Source: Hormiphora californensis
Taxonomy: Eukaryota > Animalia > Ctenophora
Assembly (NCBI GenBank): GCA_020137815.1
Contig: CM035359.1
Location: 4,650,001 to 4,714,000, forward strand
Direction: 5' to 3'
Length of the DNA: 64,000 bases
Shown: piece by piece, positions 26,610 to 38,247 of the stretch
Position numbering within the stretch: the stretch's first letter is position 1
Layout of the letters: every line of letters begins with the position of its first letter
The notes under the pieces: model-generated
What the model was told of the DNA's origin: nothing
Seen by the model: the letters and a program-made list of their open reading frames with translations, nothing else
Database searches by the model: none
Made by a program: the position numbers and the translations under genes

Positions 26610-27200
26610 ACTTTTAGCTATTGTGTTAACGATATTGATGAAGGAATCGCTATTCTTTACTATCTCTTGTTTCAACACGGTATTTGATGCGCTATCTAAC
26701 TTTCGAATAAAATTTCTGTCTGCATTTGTTAGTTTGCGTCGTTGTGGAGTGGATATTGGAATGATTCCATATATCAGTGCCTGTAGTATATTCTGAAATG
26801 CAGATAATAGTTTAGTTGATTTCACAAAAGCACTCACATTCCCTGCATCAACAAGATCTTTAATTTTAAAGAAACTGGTTATTGAGTTGGTGTTGATAAC
26901 AGATTCTGAAAAATTATTGTAGTTTGGATCATCAAAATTTGTTTTGAATTCGTTTAACTGTTGGTTAAGGGATTTTATTTTGCGCTCGCTTTCATTTCTT
27001 ATCTTTTTGAAGTCCTTTAGTTTGTTGCTATATAACCGCTTAAACTTATCACTATTTGGGTTGGTGGTGTTGTTGTAGAGATTTTGGTCTTTTTAGGTAT
27101 GACTTTGGTTGGAATATCGGTTTTGTGCTCTGCTCTATGCTGTAAAAAACTAGTATAAGTTGAAAAAGATTTGGAACAAACAGCACAATCCATTTTAGCA
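26577..27200 (-). CDS. Polinton hypothetical basic protein (frameshifted, start uncertain)
   Basis: C-terminal ALIYGIIPISTPQRRKL...FIRKL resembles small conserved Polinton proteins. Confidence 0.4.
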
Positions 27201-27234
27201 TAAAAGGGGTCTTATGTAGAGTATTTATAGTGTT

Positions 27235-28268
27235 ATGGATCGTTACACTGATCCAAATTCTCTGGTGCATTTACTGGACAAGAAGCATTTCGTCGTGCTC
27301 TAGGTAGGACCGGTAAGAAAAAAGTAAAAGAGTTTCTACAAGGAAATGACGCATATACTTTACACAAGCCAACGAGAAAACCTCGAAGATTCAGAAGAAT
27401 CTATACGTTGGGTATTAATTACCATTTTCAGGCAGATTTAGTAGACATGTCTATGTTTGCAAAAGAAAATAACGGATATAAGTGGATCTTAAATGTAATT
27501 GATACGTTCTCGAAAAAACTTTGGGCCTTTAAGATAAAGAACAAATCAGCTAAAAGTGTTTTAGATGCAATAAAACCTTTGCTTGAAAAATACAAACCGC
27601 AAAAGTTGGAAACAGATCTTGGTACAGAATTCAAAAATGAAAAATTACAAAAGTTTTTAAAAGAGCATAAAATTGATCATTATTCTGTTTCATCAGACCG
27701 GAAGTGTGCTATTGTTGAGCGCGTTAATCGAACTTTGAAAACTCGTATGTATAGAGCATTTACTGCTCAAGGTTCTCATCGTTGGATTGATATTTTAGAA
27801 GATTTGGTAGCTGGTTACAACGATACATATCATAGAACAATATAAATGAAACCGAATGAAGTAAACAAAAATTACGAAGAGGAAGTTCGCGAGAATCTCT
27901 TCCCCCCACTCCCAACCAGATCCCCTCCGAAGCTTAAAGAAGATGATTCCGTACGAATTACAAAAAAGAAAAACATTTTTGAAAAAGGTTATGAACGTAC
28001 ATGGAGCTTTGAAGTATTTTTCATTTCAAAAATCAGAAAAACAAATCCTGTAACGTATGCTATAAAAGACTATAAAGGTGAAGAAATTGAAGGCAGTTTT
28101 TATGAATCAGAAGTTCAGAAAGTTGACAAGTCAAAGGATATATATTTAGTCGAAAAAGTTGTTAAGAAAAGGAAAGTAAAAGGTAAAGTTGAGTATTTTG
28201 TGAAGTGGAAGGGATATTCGAGTGCAGCTAATAGTTGGATAAAGCATGAAGAACTATATGATCTATAA
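27235..28268 (+). CDS. int: Retroviral-like DDE integrase with C-terminal chromodomain (early frameshift and in-frame TAA at 27843)
   Basis: YTDP, YTLHKP, FQADLVDM, ETDLGTEF, IVERVNRTLK; chromodomain YLVEKVV...EYFVKWKGYSSAANSWI. Confidence 0.93.
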
Positions 28269-28870
28269 TGCCAATTAAATTCTTAGCTAACCATAATACA
28301 ATAGTTTATGGTCAAACTGGAGCAGGGAAAACGCAATTTATTTTGCGAGTAATTAGAGAACGTTTAATTGAACCCTTTCCAGAAAACATATTTTACATGT
28401 ATTCTGTTGAACAAGACTTTATGAAAGAACATGCTGAAATTACGTTTATCAAAGGATTGGATTTCTCACAGGTTGACACGAGTAAACCAAGTATGCTAGT
28501 TATAGATGATCTGTTGCTAAAACTCAATAAAGAAGTAGCTTCGTCATTTATTATGGGATCTCACCATCAAAAAATCAGTTTGTTTTTTATAACTCAGAAC
28601 CTTTTTCCAAATTGTGAAACCTTTCGAACAATGTCTGCAAATACTCATTACTACGTATTACTTTTTCAAAATCAACGCAATTTCCGACAAATTAATACAT
28701 TAGCACGTCAGGTTTTTGTTGGTAAAGATGTAAATCGAATTCTAGAAGCCTATAAAAGAGCCTGTCAATCACCTCGTGGCTTTATTTTGCTAAGTTTTTC
28801 CCCGCTACTCCCTAACGAGCTTACTGTCACTACAGACTACTGGCAGCCATGGTTAAGCGTGTACCTCTAA
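28268..28870 (+). CDS. A32/FtsK-like packaging ATPase
   Basis: Walker A GQTGAGKT, Walker B LVIDD, SHH..ISLFFITQNLF. Confidence 0.93.
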   Translation: MPIKFLANHNTIVYGQTGAGKTQFILRVIRERLIEPFPENIFYMYSVEQDFMKEHAEITFIKGLDFSQVDTSKPSMLVIDDLLLKLNKEVASSFIMGSHHQKISLFFITQNLFPNCETFRTMSANTHYYVLLFQNQRNFRQINTLARQVFVGKDVNRILEAYKRACQSPRGFILLSFSPLLPNELTVTTDYWQPWLSVYL

Positions 28871-29160
28871 AACCACGGCGATCAAAGAGACTACAAAAGA
28901 AGAAGAGGAATACGAATAGTACTGGAATCCGTGCACATAGATTTATATTGAAGAAATTTGTTGATTCATCACAGTCAAAAAGAAAAGAAATTATTCGAAA
29001 CGCACCAGCTGTTTTCTTTACAGTTATTCGAAAGATAAGCAAAAAGGCACCAACGAAACGTCAAAAGTTAAAGCATGCAATACTTTCAGCCAAGGCTATA
29101 AAAGACTATGTGTTGCGAAACAGTAGCAGTGTTGCCTCCCTGATTAAATCGGTGCTGTAA
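28849..29160 (+). CDS. Small Lys/Arg-rich protein, candidate virion core protein
   Basis: 103 aa, highly basic, overlaps the ATPase stop. Confidence 0.6.
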   Translation: MVKRVPLKPRRSKRLQKKKRNTNSTGIRAHRFILKKFVDSSQSKRKEIIRNAPAVFFTVIRKISKKAPTKRQKLKHAILSAKAIKDYVLRNSSSVASLIKSVL

Positions 29161-29162
29161 AG

Positions 29163-29435
29163 ATGAGTCGATTTATTCTTTTACCAATGGATGATTCTGA
29201 TAATGAACGTACCATTCAACTCCCACCCAACATTTATAGTGCACCAAAAGGAGACAAGAACTTGATTCGTTTGTGTTCAACTGTGTTTGAGATTAAAGAT
29301 GGAAAAATACATCATAATGGAATAGATCTTGAAATTCCATTCCAGCAATTTTTAGATGACACTTCGAAATGTAAATTTTTAATTAAGTATGAACCTGTAT
29401 ATGATATTCTTAGTTCTAATGGTTACCAATTTTAA
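29163..29435 (+). CDS. Polinton hypothetical protein, 90 aa
   Basis: Intact ORF abutting the previous gene. Confidence 0.55.
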   Translation: MSRFILLPMDDSDNERTIQLPPNIYSAPKGDKNLIRLCSTVFEIKDGKIHHNGIDLEIPFQQFLDDTSKCKFLIKYEPVYDILSSNGYQF

Positions 29436-29445
29436 AACATGTTTT

Positions 29446-29886
29446 TTATTTTGTAAAAATTAATTTGCAGATAGATACAATTTCATTTTTTTCATAATCA
29501 CTTAAAAAATCATCTACGCTTAGTCCTATAGAAAATATGTAAATAAAATGCATGCAATGTAGTCCACACCACGGAGTTTCGGGATGCTGCACAGTTATTG
29601 AGACATAATTACACTTTTTGAACTGGTCCGCCAAGTCTGCAAACGAGTGGGGGAAAGAAGCATCATATGGGGAACGGCCAAAGGAATCAAAAAAGAAAAT
29701 TTCATTGTTTTTTATAAACCAAACAACCCATTGTTCACCTTGCTCATGATGATTCTCTGTGTTACTGATGAAACAGTAATTTGTTTTTCTTGAGACTGGA
29801 ATTTTACAGGAAGGATATACTCCAAGAAAGTTTTTCTTGGTGTACAAGTTATCTTTTAAAATTGAGTTGAGCTTCCGAGCATTCAT
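29446..29886 (-). CDS. Adenain-like cysteine protease
   Basis: FLGVYP, ISNT...GEQWV, FFDSFG, VQ...WCGLHC; the expected catalytic His reads Gln. Confidence 0.9.
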   Translation of the reverse strand: MNARKLNSILKDNLYTKKNFLGVYPSCKIPVSRKTNYCFISNTENHHEQGEQWVVWFIKNNEIFFFDSFGRSPYDASFPHSFADLADQFKKCNYVSITVQHPETPWCGLHCMHFIYIFSIGLSVDDFLSDYEKNEIVSICKLIFTK

Positions 29887-31335
29887 TCGATAATTTCAAC
29901 CACGCGATCACCATTTATTTTCACCAATCTATCATACAATGCATAGATTATCAGAATGACATCCTTCTCAGGAGCAGATTCCAGTTCGATTTCCAAGTTT
30001 GTAGAACCAATTTTTTCGGGGCTTAAGTAGCCATGCTGTGTCTTTCCGATTCTGTCTGGCTTCAAACTAATTCCAACCATAAAGTTTGATTGAAAATTGT
30101 ACTATTTATGAGACAAGATCCTTTTTCAGAAATTCCAATACTGGAATAAAGCTGCTGCAAAAACCTACTTTCGTTATCATAAATTAGTTTTCCGTTGCTG
30201 GTAAAGGGTTTAGTTGTTAATGGATCAGAAAAATATGGTCTACCATCAACATGGAGCTGGAACCGTGTGAACGGGAGGAACGAAAAGGGGTTTCCCTTCA
30301 AATCACCCTGGAAATGATCTGTATACTGTAGACAGAAAAAAGCATGATGGGGAAGCTTGTTATCAGTAAACAAATTGTTGAGTTTTATATACTGACCATT
30401 ATCGCCAATTGGTTTTACTATCAACTCTGGTTTGGGATGTAAAACGATGCTGCTTCTTTCGCTAATCGTTCTTCAATCAAGCTTAAAAAAATCGGCGAAG
30501 GTTTCAAAAACGTGGTCTTCAGAAACACATCAGTTATAACAAGTGAATTACCGTTATCTGTGTTTTCCATAAGGATAAAAGAATCTTGATTCTTTGTTAG
30601 TGTAATTCGCATATTTAAATTAGAGGTAGAGCTTTATGTGAGTTTAATAGCGGACAGTGGAGCTTAGCTGTTGATGTAAATGGATTGAACAGTGCACGTC
30701 TCCTCTCGATACCAGCCTTATTTGACGCAAGTTTAAGTTTTCTCTGTGCTCTTCTTTCATCTGCTGCTATTTGTTCTGCAGATCTAGTTTCACCTCCACC
30801 TTCACCTTCTCCTCCAGTTACTTGGTCGGGTATAACATCTTCTTCGAAATCCAGACCAGCAAGAGTTGTATCATCTGAGTCCTCTTTTGTTAAACCAGTG
30901 TCCAACACAAAGTTTTGTGTTTTTTTCAAATAGTCTAAGCGGTTTGGATCTGTGTTAAATATTGTATTGAAGTATGTTGTGTAGGCATAACTGTTACGCA
31001 TAGATTGCATAATATCAGTCCGATCGGAGATATTTACTTCCACCATTCCCCATATTGCATTCGCTATATTATTAATGACAGTAATTTGATTTGCTACTGA
31101 CACACGCCTCTCCACTGCTGCTTTGAAGTTTAAAAGTTGTAACAACATCTATATTCGATAGCATTCCTTGTGGCTGTGGTGGAATGACAAAAGTTGTGGG
31201 ACCATATTTTGAAATTGTGTCTCTTGGGTAGATTTTCAGTTCGTAACAGTCTTCAATGGATACGTTTGAGGAAGGTTTATCCCACAGAAGCAGTTCGTTT
31301 GACAGAGCTTCGGGACTCTCTGTAAACGTCCTCAT
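29883..31335 (-). CDS. Major capsid protein (double jelly-roll), split over five ORFs by frameshifts
   Basis: N-terminal NELLLWDKPSSNVSIED..ELKIYP, internal GDLKGNPFSF, C-terminal IIYALYDRLVKINGDRVV; expected size and position. Confidence 0.85.
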
Positions 31336-31627
31336 AGTCTACCTTTCTTTGGAAAGGGTCGGTTTCGAGTGTTTACACGTCTCTTTCTGTTAGAATTCGC
31401 TATAGCGTTTGTGGTGTGCTCTACTGCTTTAGATGTTAGCCCTTTTATAGCCTCAGCGGCAAGGGGGGCAACTATTGGTAAAGCACCCGTAGCAATGAAG
31501 AAAAAAACGAACCTATCCCCTCACCTTCTTGGTTGTACACATAATAACCATCTCTATCTAACCCTTTACCATGTTGCATCATGATTCGGCGGTAAGAAGG
31601 TGTGTTTTTAAATGTAACAGTCTCCAT
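31332..31627 (-). CDS. Small QxGxG-motif virion protein with amphipathic helix (one frameshift; absent from the ORF track)
   Basis: Manual translation METVTF...MMQHGKG...NQEGEGIGSFFSSLLR/GALPIVAPLAA...RKRRVNTRNRPFPKKGRL; the stop overlaps the MCP ATG. Confidence 0.7.
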
Positions 31628-32135
31628 AATTAATTGCTATAAGATTCATTCCCCTTTTATAGTTGAGCAATGTCAAGTGTAACAACAGTATCAAAGAAAC
31701 TAAAAAAAGAACAAGCTCACCTTTTAAATTTCTAATTGAAACTTCAAGATAAGCGAACTGATTTACATCCAACTTTGCATACGAAGGTTTTTCCCATTCA
31801 AAATGACAATACTTATCATCATGTTTCAATGGCGCAACGGCTAGCAATCTCGATTTCATTCCATTCAGAAAATTCCATTCTACAACATTTAGGTAAATAA
31901 ATCCTATCGTTATTTCTGTCTGATCAATAACTTCTGATTTAACAAGTGTCTTGTTAAAAAAAGACAATATTCCATCTTCATCATATGTAGCATCCAGCGC
32001 CTTAGGTAGTTCAACAAGTTCAATACCTTCCCCTAATTTAATATTATATTGAGTAGTAACACCAACTCTTTCAAATATCAAAAAAACAGAATCACTCAAT
32101 TTCAAGTTAAGAGCAACATTTTCAACATCTTTCAT
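31608..32135 (-). CDS. Minor capsid protein (penton)
   Basis: GFIYLNVVE...LNGMKSRLL...FEWEKPSYAKL...FAYLEVSIRNLKGELV matches the Polinton penton C-terminal pattern. Confidence 0.8.
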   Translation of the reverse strand: MKDVENVALNLKLSDSVFLIFERVGVTTQYNIKLGEGIELVELPKALDATYDEDGILSFFNKTLVKSEVIDQTEITIGFIYLNVVEWNFLNGMKSRLLAVAPLKHDDKYCHFEWEKPSYAKLDVNQFAYLEVSIRNLKGELVLFLVSLILLLHLTLLNYKRGMNLIAINYGDCYI

Positions 32136-32363
32136 AACGACGAAAAATATCTAAACGATTTCTAATGTTTTGAGCAGCAGGAAATGTCAAGATTTGATTG
32201 TTGTGTTTCAATTTTACAACCATATTGTTTGAAGATAAGGCTCCATAGTAAATAGATTTGATTGCAACGCCTACATTTCCCCAAAGATACTGGATCAATG
32301 GATGTTTTTAGCAAAGCTGGATTACCATACTTTCCACCGACAATAACATGTTGTACAACCATA

Positions 32364-32918
32364 TTATAAAGCAGTTGTTTTGAAGGCTGACTCAGTAGGG
32401 ATAGTCTCACGGTAAGTGTGTTGTTGTGTTAATAACTTAACTGCTTTTATAGCATCTGGTAGTCTGTTACCAAACACAAAACTAATCAATACCAGAAACG
32501 AAAGACCAATTAGCGAGGAAACTACCGTTTTGTCTTCCCATCGACAGTGCACTAGTGGTTCTGTGTAATTAATAGAAAGAGGTAGCAAATTATCCATCCC
32601 TATACTTGTTATGGGACAATAAAACGTTACTCTATCTAAAGTTAATTGAACGTCTCCTCTGCTGTATGTCAGATGCATAGGATGTCCGTTGATTGATTTT
32701 GTTGTCCAATCAAATGTATTAATAGTTGTATTTGGGAAACGATACTGCTTATAATCACCACTTTTATTCATTAGCATAAGTTCAATATATTCACCCCTTC
32801 TAAGAACCACCTGACTCCATTTACCATCACCCATACTCATAAAGTTTGTGCAATTATTATCTTCGAATACAACAACCATGCTATTAACTAGCAATTGAGA
32901 GAGAATGTATCCAAACAT
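32364..32918 (-). CDS. Predicted small type I membrane protein, 184 aa
   Basis: Hydrophobic N-terminus, beta-rich middle with NCT and NYT sequons, TM-like VVSSLIGLSFLVLISFVFG, short tail. Confidence 0.55.
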   Translation of the reverse strand: MFGYILSQLLVNSMVVVFEDNNCTNFMSMGDGKWSQVVLRRGEYIELMLMNKSGDYKQYRFPNTTINTFDWTTKSINGHPMHLTYSRGDVQLTLDRVTFYCPITSIGMDNLLPLSINYTEPLVHCRWEDKTVVSSLIGLSFLVLISFVFGNRLPDAIKAVKLLTQQHTYRETIPTESAFKTTAL

Positions 32919-33042
32919 TTTGTTTCTTTTTTTCTGTTACTATCTCCCTTTTATATGATGACGTTGCGTTACCTAACGCGTTAGCCGATGAACATAAGTC
33001 TCACTTTTTCTCACTTCTCATTTTGCACGTTTTTGTTTCGTT

Positions 33043-33495
33043 ATGGCTGCTCAGTTTACAGACATGTGGATCAGCTCCGTTATTGGACATCTATTTGAAA
33101 AAGTTGTGGATGCAACAGTGAAGAATTGCCCGGGACATCGATTCAAGTGTGTGGTGCTTCATCGCTGTCAACAACTCTCACTCTTTGATAAACTAGTAAT
33201 GCACTTTGAATCAGCAAAATCAGAAATTATTGAGGAACTCCCAAAAATATTTGAGGTGCATGCCAAACTATTTAGCTGTGACCCCAGCCAAAAATCAGGG
33301 ATGATTTCTTTTGCTGTAAATTATCTACGAGTCGCAACACCCGAATCGATATATTTTGGAAAGGTATACAAAGAACAATATGAAGTCTTTATACAAGAAG
33401 AAGAGAAATCTAAGAAGAAAAAGAGAAAGACTGTACCTGTCACAGATCCTGTTGGTCAGGCATTTAATCAAACATTTGACTCTTACATCTTTTAA
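33043..33495 (+). CDS. Polinton hypothetical protein, 150 aa, Cys/His cluster and NLS-like KSKKKKRK
   Basis: Intact ORF convergent with polB. Confidence 0.65.
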   Translation: MAAQFTDMWISSVIGHLFEKVVDATVKNCPGHRFKCVVLHRCQQLSLFDKLVMHFESAKSEIIEELPKIFEVHAKLFSCDPSQKSGMISFAVNYLRVATPESIYFGKVYKEQYEVFIQEEEKSKKKKRKTVPVTDPVGQAFNQTFDSYIF

Positions 33496-33544
33496 TTTGA
33501 TTTGTACAAATTTAAAATCATTTATCTAATTTGAGAAAAAGTGT

Positions 33545-36500
33545 TTAATTATTTCTAAAATGCCCATGCGGACGAGTTGAAACTCCATCACTCAAAATAA
33601 ATCGCTTGTCATCATACCTAGTGAGTCCTACTTTACAACTGTCGACAGTAAAAATTGTATGTAAAAATGAACGAAACGAGGTTTGACGTATCATATAATC
33701 CTCCTGATCTCTCTCACCCAGTAAAACTTGACGATACAGATCATGTGTCAGTTTTTTAGCAACATACTTTTTTACACCAGCTGCAGTGTTTTTTTGTTCG
33801 CCCTCAACTGTCAATAAACTGTACATTTTAGAACGTAAACCCACAAACTCTGATATTGGTATGCCATGGGTTTCGTCTTTAAATTTACCGACTACTGCCT
33901 TATTTTCCACTGAATGCAGTGGATGGTGTTTTTCATAATTGCTAAAATCAAAGAACCCTTTCAACTCACTCAGTTGTCCATATAAATCCTCTGTTTCAAT
34001 ATAGTACAAAAAGCTGTCTGTATCTGTAAAGCAAAGCACGCTCCTCGGAAATGATGGTTTAATTACGTCGTAGTGGAACCGATACATCAAAAGCTTCGAG
34101 AGCTCCAAAACTGTGAAACCAACCTAAAAAAACTAGTTTTAGAGAAAATTTGTAGAAAATACTTGCATACTTTTTGTTAAATGCAGCACATACTTACATA
34201 AATTGGTTTGTTCAAAACAATGTTCGTTTGAGTGAGTTCAACTCCCACTAAATTTTCATCAAAGATAGAAAATCGTTTGTATGTTGGTTTTGAATGCTGC
34301 CAGTTTGCGCTTTTTGTGTTGTTCACGAGAACAATTTTGATTCTGTTGCGGAGATTTTCCATAGTTTTACCTGAGAATAAAAGAATTTGATAAACAAAGT
34401 TAATTGTTTTCCTAAATAACTTACCAAAAAACGCGTTATTGAGAAGTTTGTAGTAATCTTTTTCAAATGCATCCTGAGCATTCTGTCGCAATTTGGTGTT
34501 TTCAGAAATGTAAGGTTCAATCCATGCCTTTTGACGAAATGATATCGCACGATGAACTTTGGTTAGAATAACACCATTCATCAAATAAAACTGCAAGTTT
34601 CGAACATGCACCACATATTTCAGTTTTGGAAACAAGTTTGGTGCGAGTTTTTTATTTGAAAATTTTAGTGTTGCTCCCCGTAATTCACGAATTTCCCTGA
34701 AAGGTTTTTTTTTTTTTTTTTTTTTTTGTAAGTAAATGAATTTCAGAAATATCTGTCCTTAACTTACGCTGATTTGGGTGAAATCATAGACTCCTTAATT
34801 ATCAAAGGGTTGGGACAAAGTGGATAGTCAGATGTAGAGTCATGAATGCTTTCAGGAATTTCAATATCAACTTCAAATATTAATCCTATATTTGACTCTG
34901 CGTCGAATTCCAGTATTTCTTTAGATGACCAAGAACTACAATCTTCCCATTTAAATCTGTCCATTGGAACTTTTTGAGACATTGCATATCCATAAAGGTT
35001 CTGAAACATTTTTTGGTCATAATTAGTTAGGTTTTTGAAATTTAAATACATACATTTGCATCCAAGTAAATAAGGTAGCTTTCTGGTTTCGAGGGATCAA
35101 AGGAAGTGAGTGGGTTGTTAGCGACAGCATGACGATGTGATATTACGGATATTCCTCCCCTGATACCACTCTCAATCATTTGGAGCATATCCATATCTTT
35201 TAAAATTTGGAGTCTTGTACTGGTTAGTTTAAGACAAGCATCATATGTAAGACTAGGAAGCGAGATATAGTGGAGAGGTTCCAAACCCATTCTGTTCCAG
35301 CACATTTCTCTATATCGCTCCATAACATCAGCTAATAGCAGAACATCTGTTATTACGTACCTGTGAATAGTTTTGTCTTGGTATAGATTACACTAGTGAG
35401 CATAAAATACTTACAAGTTGTGTAGGTCTCCCAAATTTGCCAGATTAAATTCACTCCAAACAGTCTTTACGTGACAAAAATCTTTGTCGGAAAGTTCTTC
35501 ATCCGTAAGATCGTTATAAAAGGCCTCTTTTGAGGGTAAGGACTCCTCAAACTTTTTCACACTGTCAATGTAACTATAAGGATACACCCCTTTTCGACTC
35601 AAAAGTTCGAGTTTGTTGTTGCATCCAGAATAAAATTTGTCGATAAATTCCTTAAGATTTTCTAGTCTTTGAAAACCATCTTTTGTGAGGTTTGAAACCA
35701 GCTTATCGAGGGAAGCAGACAAATGTTGTGCTGAGTCAATAAACCTGGAAAAAAACTTTAAAGATGGGAAGGTAAAATTGAATTAAATACTTACCTAAAT
35801 TTTCCTGATGAAACGCTAGAGTATTTTTCCATACTATTAGGAATAATACGGATTAAACTCATGTCATCTTCATGCTTAGCCAACGCTCTTATCACCATAT
35901 GAACATCATACGAACTGAAAAAAATATTCGCTTTAGTTGCTGTAGGTAAATTATCGTATATTAGTCTTACCGAAAATTATGGAACACAATAGGTAAGCGT
36001 GTATCCATCTGTCTCTCTAGGTTGCATCTGCTGTGTGCAGCACCAATATAGCTACCAGTGTAGTGGCAATGATCACGCACTTTTTTAAGGTGTTTTGTGT
36101 TTTGAAACCTTTCGTTACACAAGTAACACATTTTGCTATTAATGAAACTCTTTTTCTGCTCCGACGACAGCGGTTTGATTGGTTCGTCAGCTTCTAAGAG
36201 TGGTCGCAACCGTTCATACTCCTCATACATAAACAAAATAAAGGTCTCTTCAACATCATTGATACCATCATCTCTCCATACAATGACATCTTTTTTATAT
36301 TCTTCATATTCTGTAACTACTTTGTAAGCGAATCCACAAGCCCTGTGTTTTCTTGTTTTTGTTGTGACTGCTTCTATGTTACCAGTGTCCTCAAGATATG
36401 CCTCAAAATCTGAAAAAAATATGGTCATGATAGCAGAACTCAATACTTTAAATTCTTACTACATACCAGCTACGATGTATGCAGGACATTTAATCATCTT

Positions 36501-38089
36501 TCTGTAGCTTTTAAAGAAAATGAAGTCATCGGATGGAAATTTACAGCCTTGGACTCGGAACTTAACACAGTTTGGTTCGTGTTGTAAAAGCAAGTCATAT
36601 CTGGTAAAGCCATGAAAACACCTGAAAGTATTTATTTTTAGATTATTGTTCTAATCATGTGTATTATATACGTACCGTGCGCAATGAAATTTTTGTCTAT
36701 TGGTGTTTGACTTCCTCAGTAGGGTATCGATACACTTTACAAGTACATAGTGTGAAGATTGTTCGCCTGCAAGCAACAGTACAGTAACCAATGTTTGTTC
36801 AATATCAGTGCTTGAGCTGACACTAACTGGATAAAACTCCTTCTTTTCTTCGTCATATCCAATAACGTTGATGCGTACACTATAAGAAAAGAAATGTCAC
36901 AACATCATCTACCCAACTTGAATTCAACATACTTGTTTAAGCGTTCAAATTTAGGAATTTGTTGTAGGGGTACAGGATAGTCAATACCATCTGATATGAT
37001 CTCATTTTCAAACTGTTTATAGTATGTCACTCTGTTTGCATTTTTATCATTGTAGGGATATGGATGTTTTGCAGCTAACACACACCACTTTAGACACCTG
37101 AAACGTAAAAAGTTTTTGATTTTTAAATTATTAGATATATAAAAATAAACTTACTGAAAGTCTTTGTTTTTGATGTTTAGTATACATCTCTTTGCTTTAC
37201 ATGCTGCAGGAAGTGGGTGATAACATCCTCCCACTAGCGGGTTGTACTTTGTTATGTTTATATGCAGATTTGAAAGTTTGTCCAATCGCCAACCTGATCC
37301 TGAAAATTATCTATTATAATATAGTACTTGGAGATTTTGAAATGACTCATAAAAATAAATATTACCATTTCGAACAAATTCTTCTATACGCGAGTAAATA
37401 GTAGAGAGCTGCTGATCAACTGCATCTTCAATTTTTGTAGAAAGCAACACTGAAGTTATTTCACCACGAAAATAGACACAATCCTCCTTGAATTCATCAG
37501 TTGCTTTATTCATGGTACCATAAACGGAAATATGGAAACGAAATGATTTTAACAGATCTTGTTGCAATCTAAAGTAAAGAGTGATTAGGTAAGGGTTATT
37601 TAGAACATTTTGAGCGTCTTTACCTTAGTATCTCAACGATCCTTGGTATTTCCTGCTGTAGAGATGGGACAAGTTCTCCTTGTAAAATATCTGGTAGCTC
37701 AATAATTCGAAAATTGTCCCCAAGTGCACTTGATATCACTTTTCCAGATCTACGTTTTACCAAACAGCGTCGTTTTGCCAAAGAACAGTTATTGTTGTAA
37801 TGATATTGTCTAGCTGATCCAGTTGGAAACTTTATTCCACAGCGATCACAGGGGTAACTAAAAATAAATTTTATATAATTAAGTTACATAGATACAATAT
37901 ATTTATGTATATTTACTTTTTCCTACTGCAATTAATTAGGTGATTGTCGAGTTCATCGCCTGTTAAGTCCAATAATGTTTCACATGTAGGACAGAAACAT
38001 CCATCGCCACAACAGCTTTCAAGATGATTTCGCAAATTGTAATAGTTCGTAGTTTGTTCACATTTTGGACATTTTATCTTTCTAACCAT
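33545..38089 (-). CDS. polB: Protein-primed DNA polymerase B, 15 exons, 1243 aa
   Basis: Exons 38089-37917, 37857-37624, 37568-37366, 37299-37155, 37097-36933, 36879-36676, 36621-36467, 36409-35971, 35914-35795, 35744-35415, 35360-35054, 35000-34768, 34696-34425, 34370-34198, 34123-33545 (3732 nt). Splicing restores NGSGW, VADFE, HNFRSYD, RKGVYPY, YVITD, YLDANNLYG, KLLNNAFFGKTMEN and FTDTDS. Confidence 0.93.
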
Positions 38090-38247
38090 GCTAGAGATTT
38101 TGAAAGGGTAAAACTTAGGTTAATGTTATAAAGATACACTATTTTTACACAAAAAAACGACTTTAAATTATTAAAATAAATCATAATCATATTAAGCAGT
38201 CCTATATATCTCTTGGTGGTTGTAGAATAGTGTTGGACCTATTTTGC

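Noticed and set aside
29883-31335. Introns or programmed frameshifts in the MCP
   Set aside because: The fragments abut or overlap with no intron-sized GT-AG gaps; simple indels explain them.
33545-37567. polB as a fragmented pseudogene
   Set aside because: All gaps have canonical splice sites and keep phase, yielding a complete ORF.
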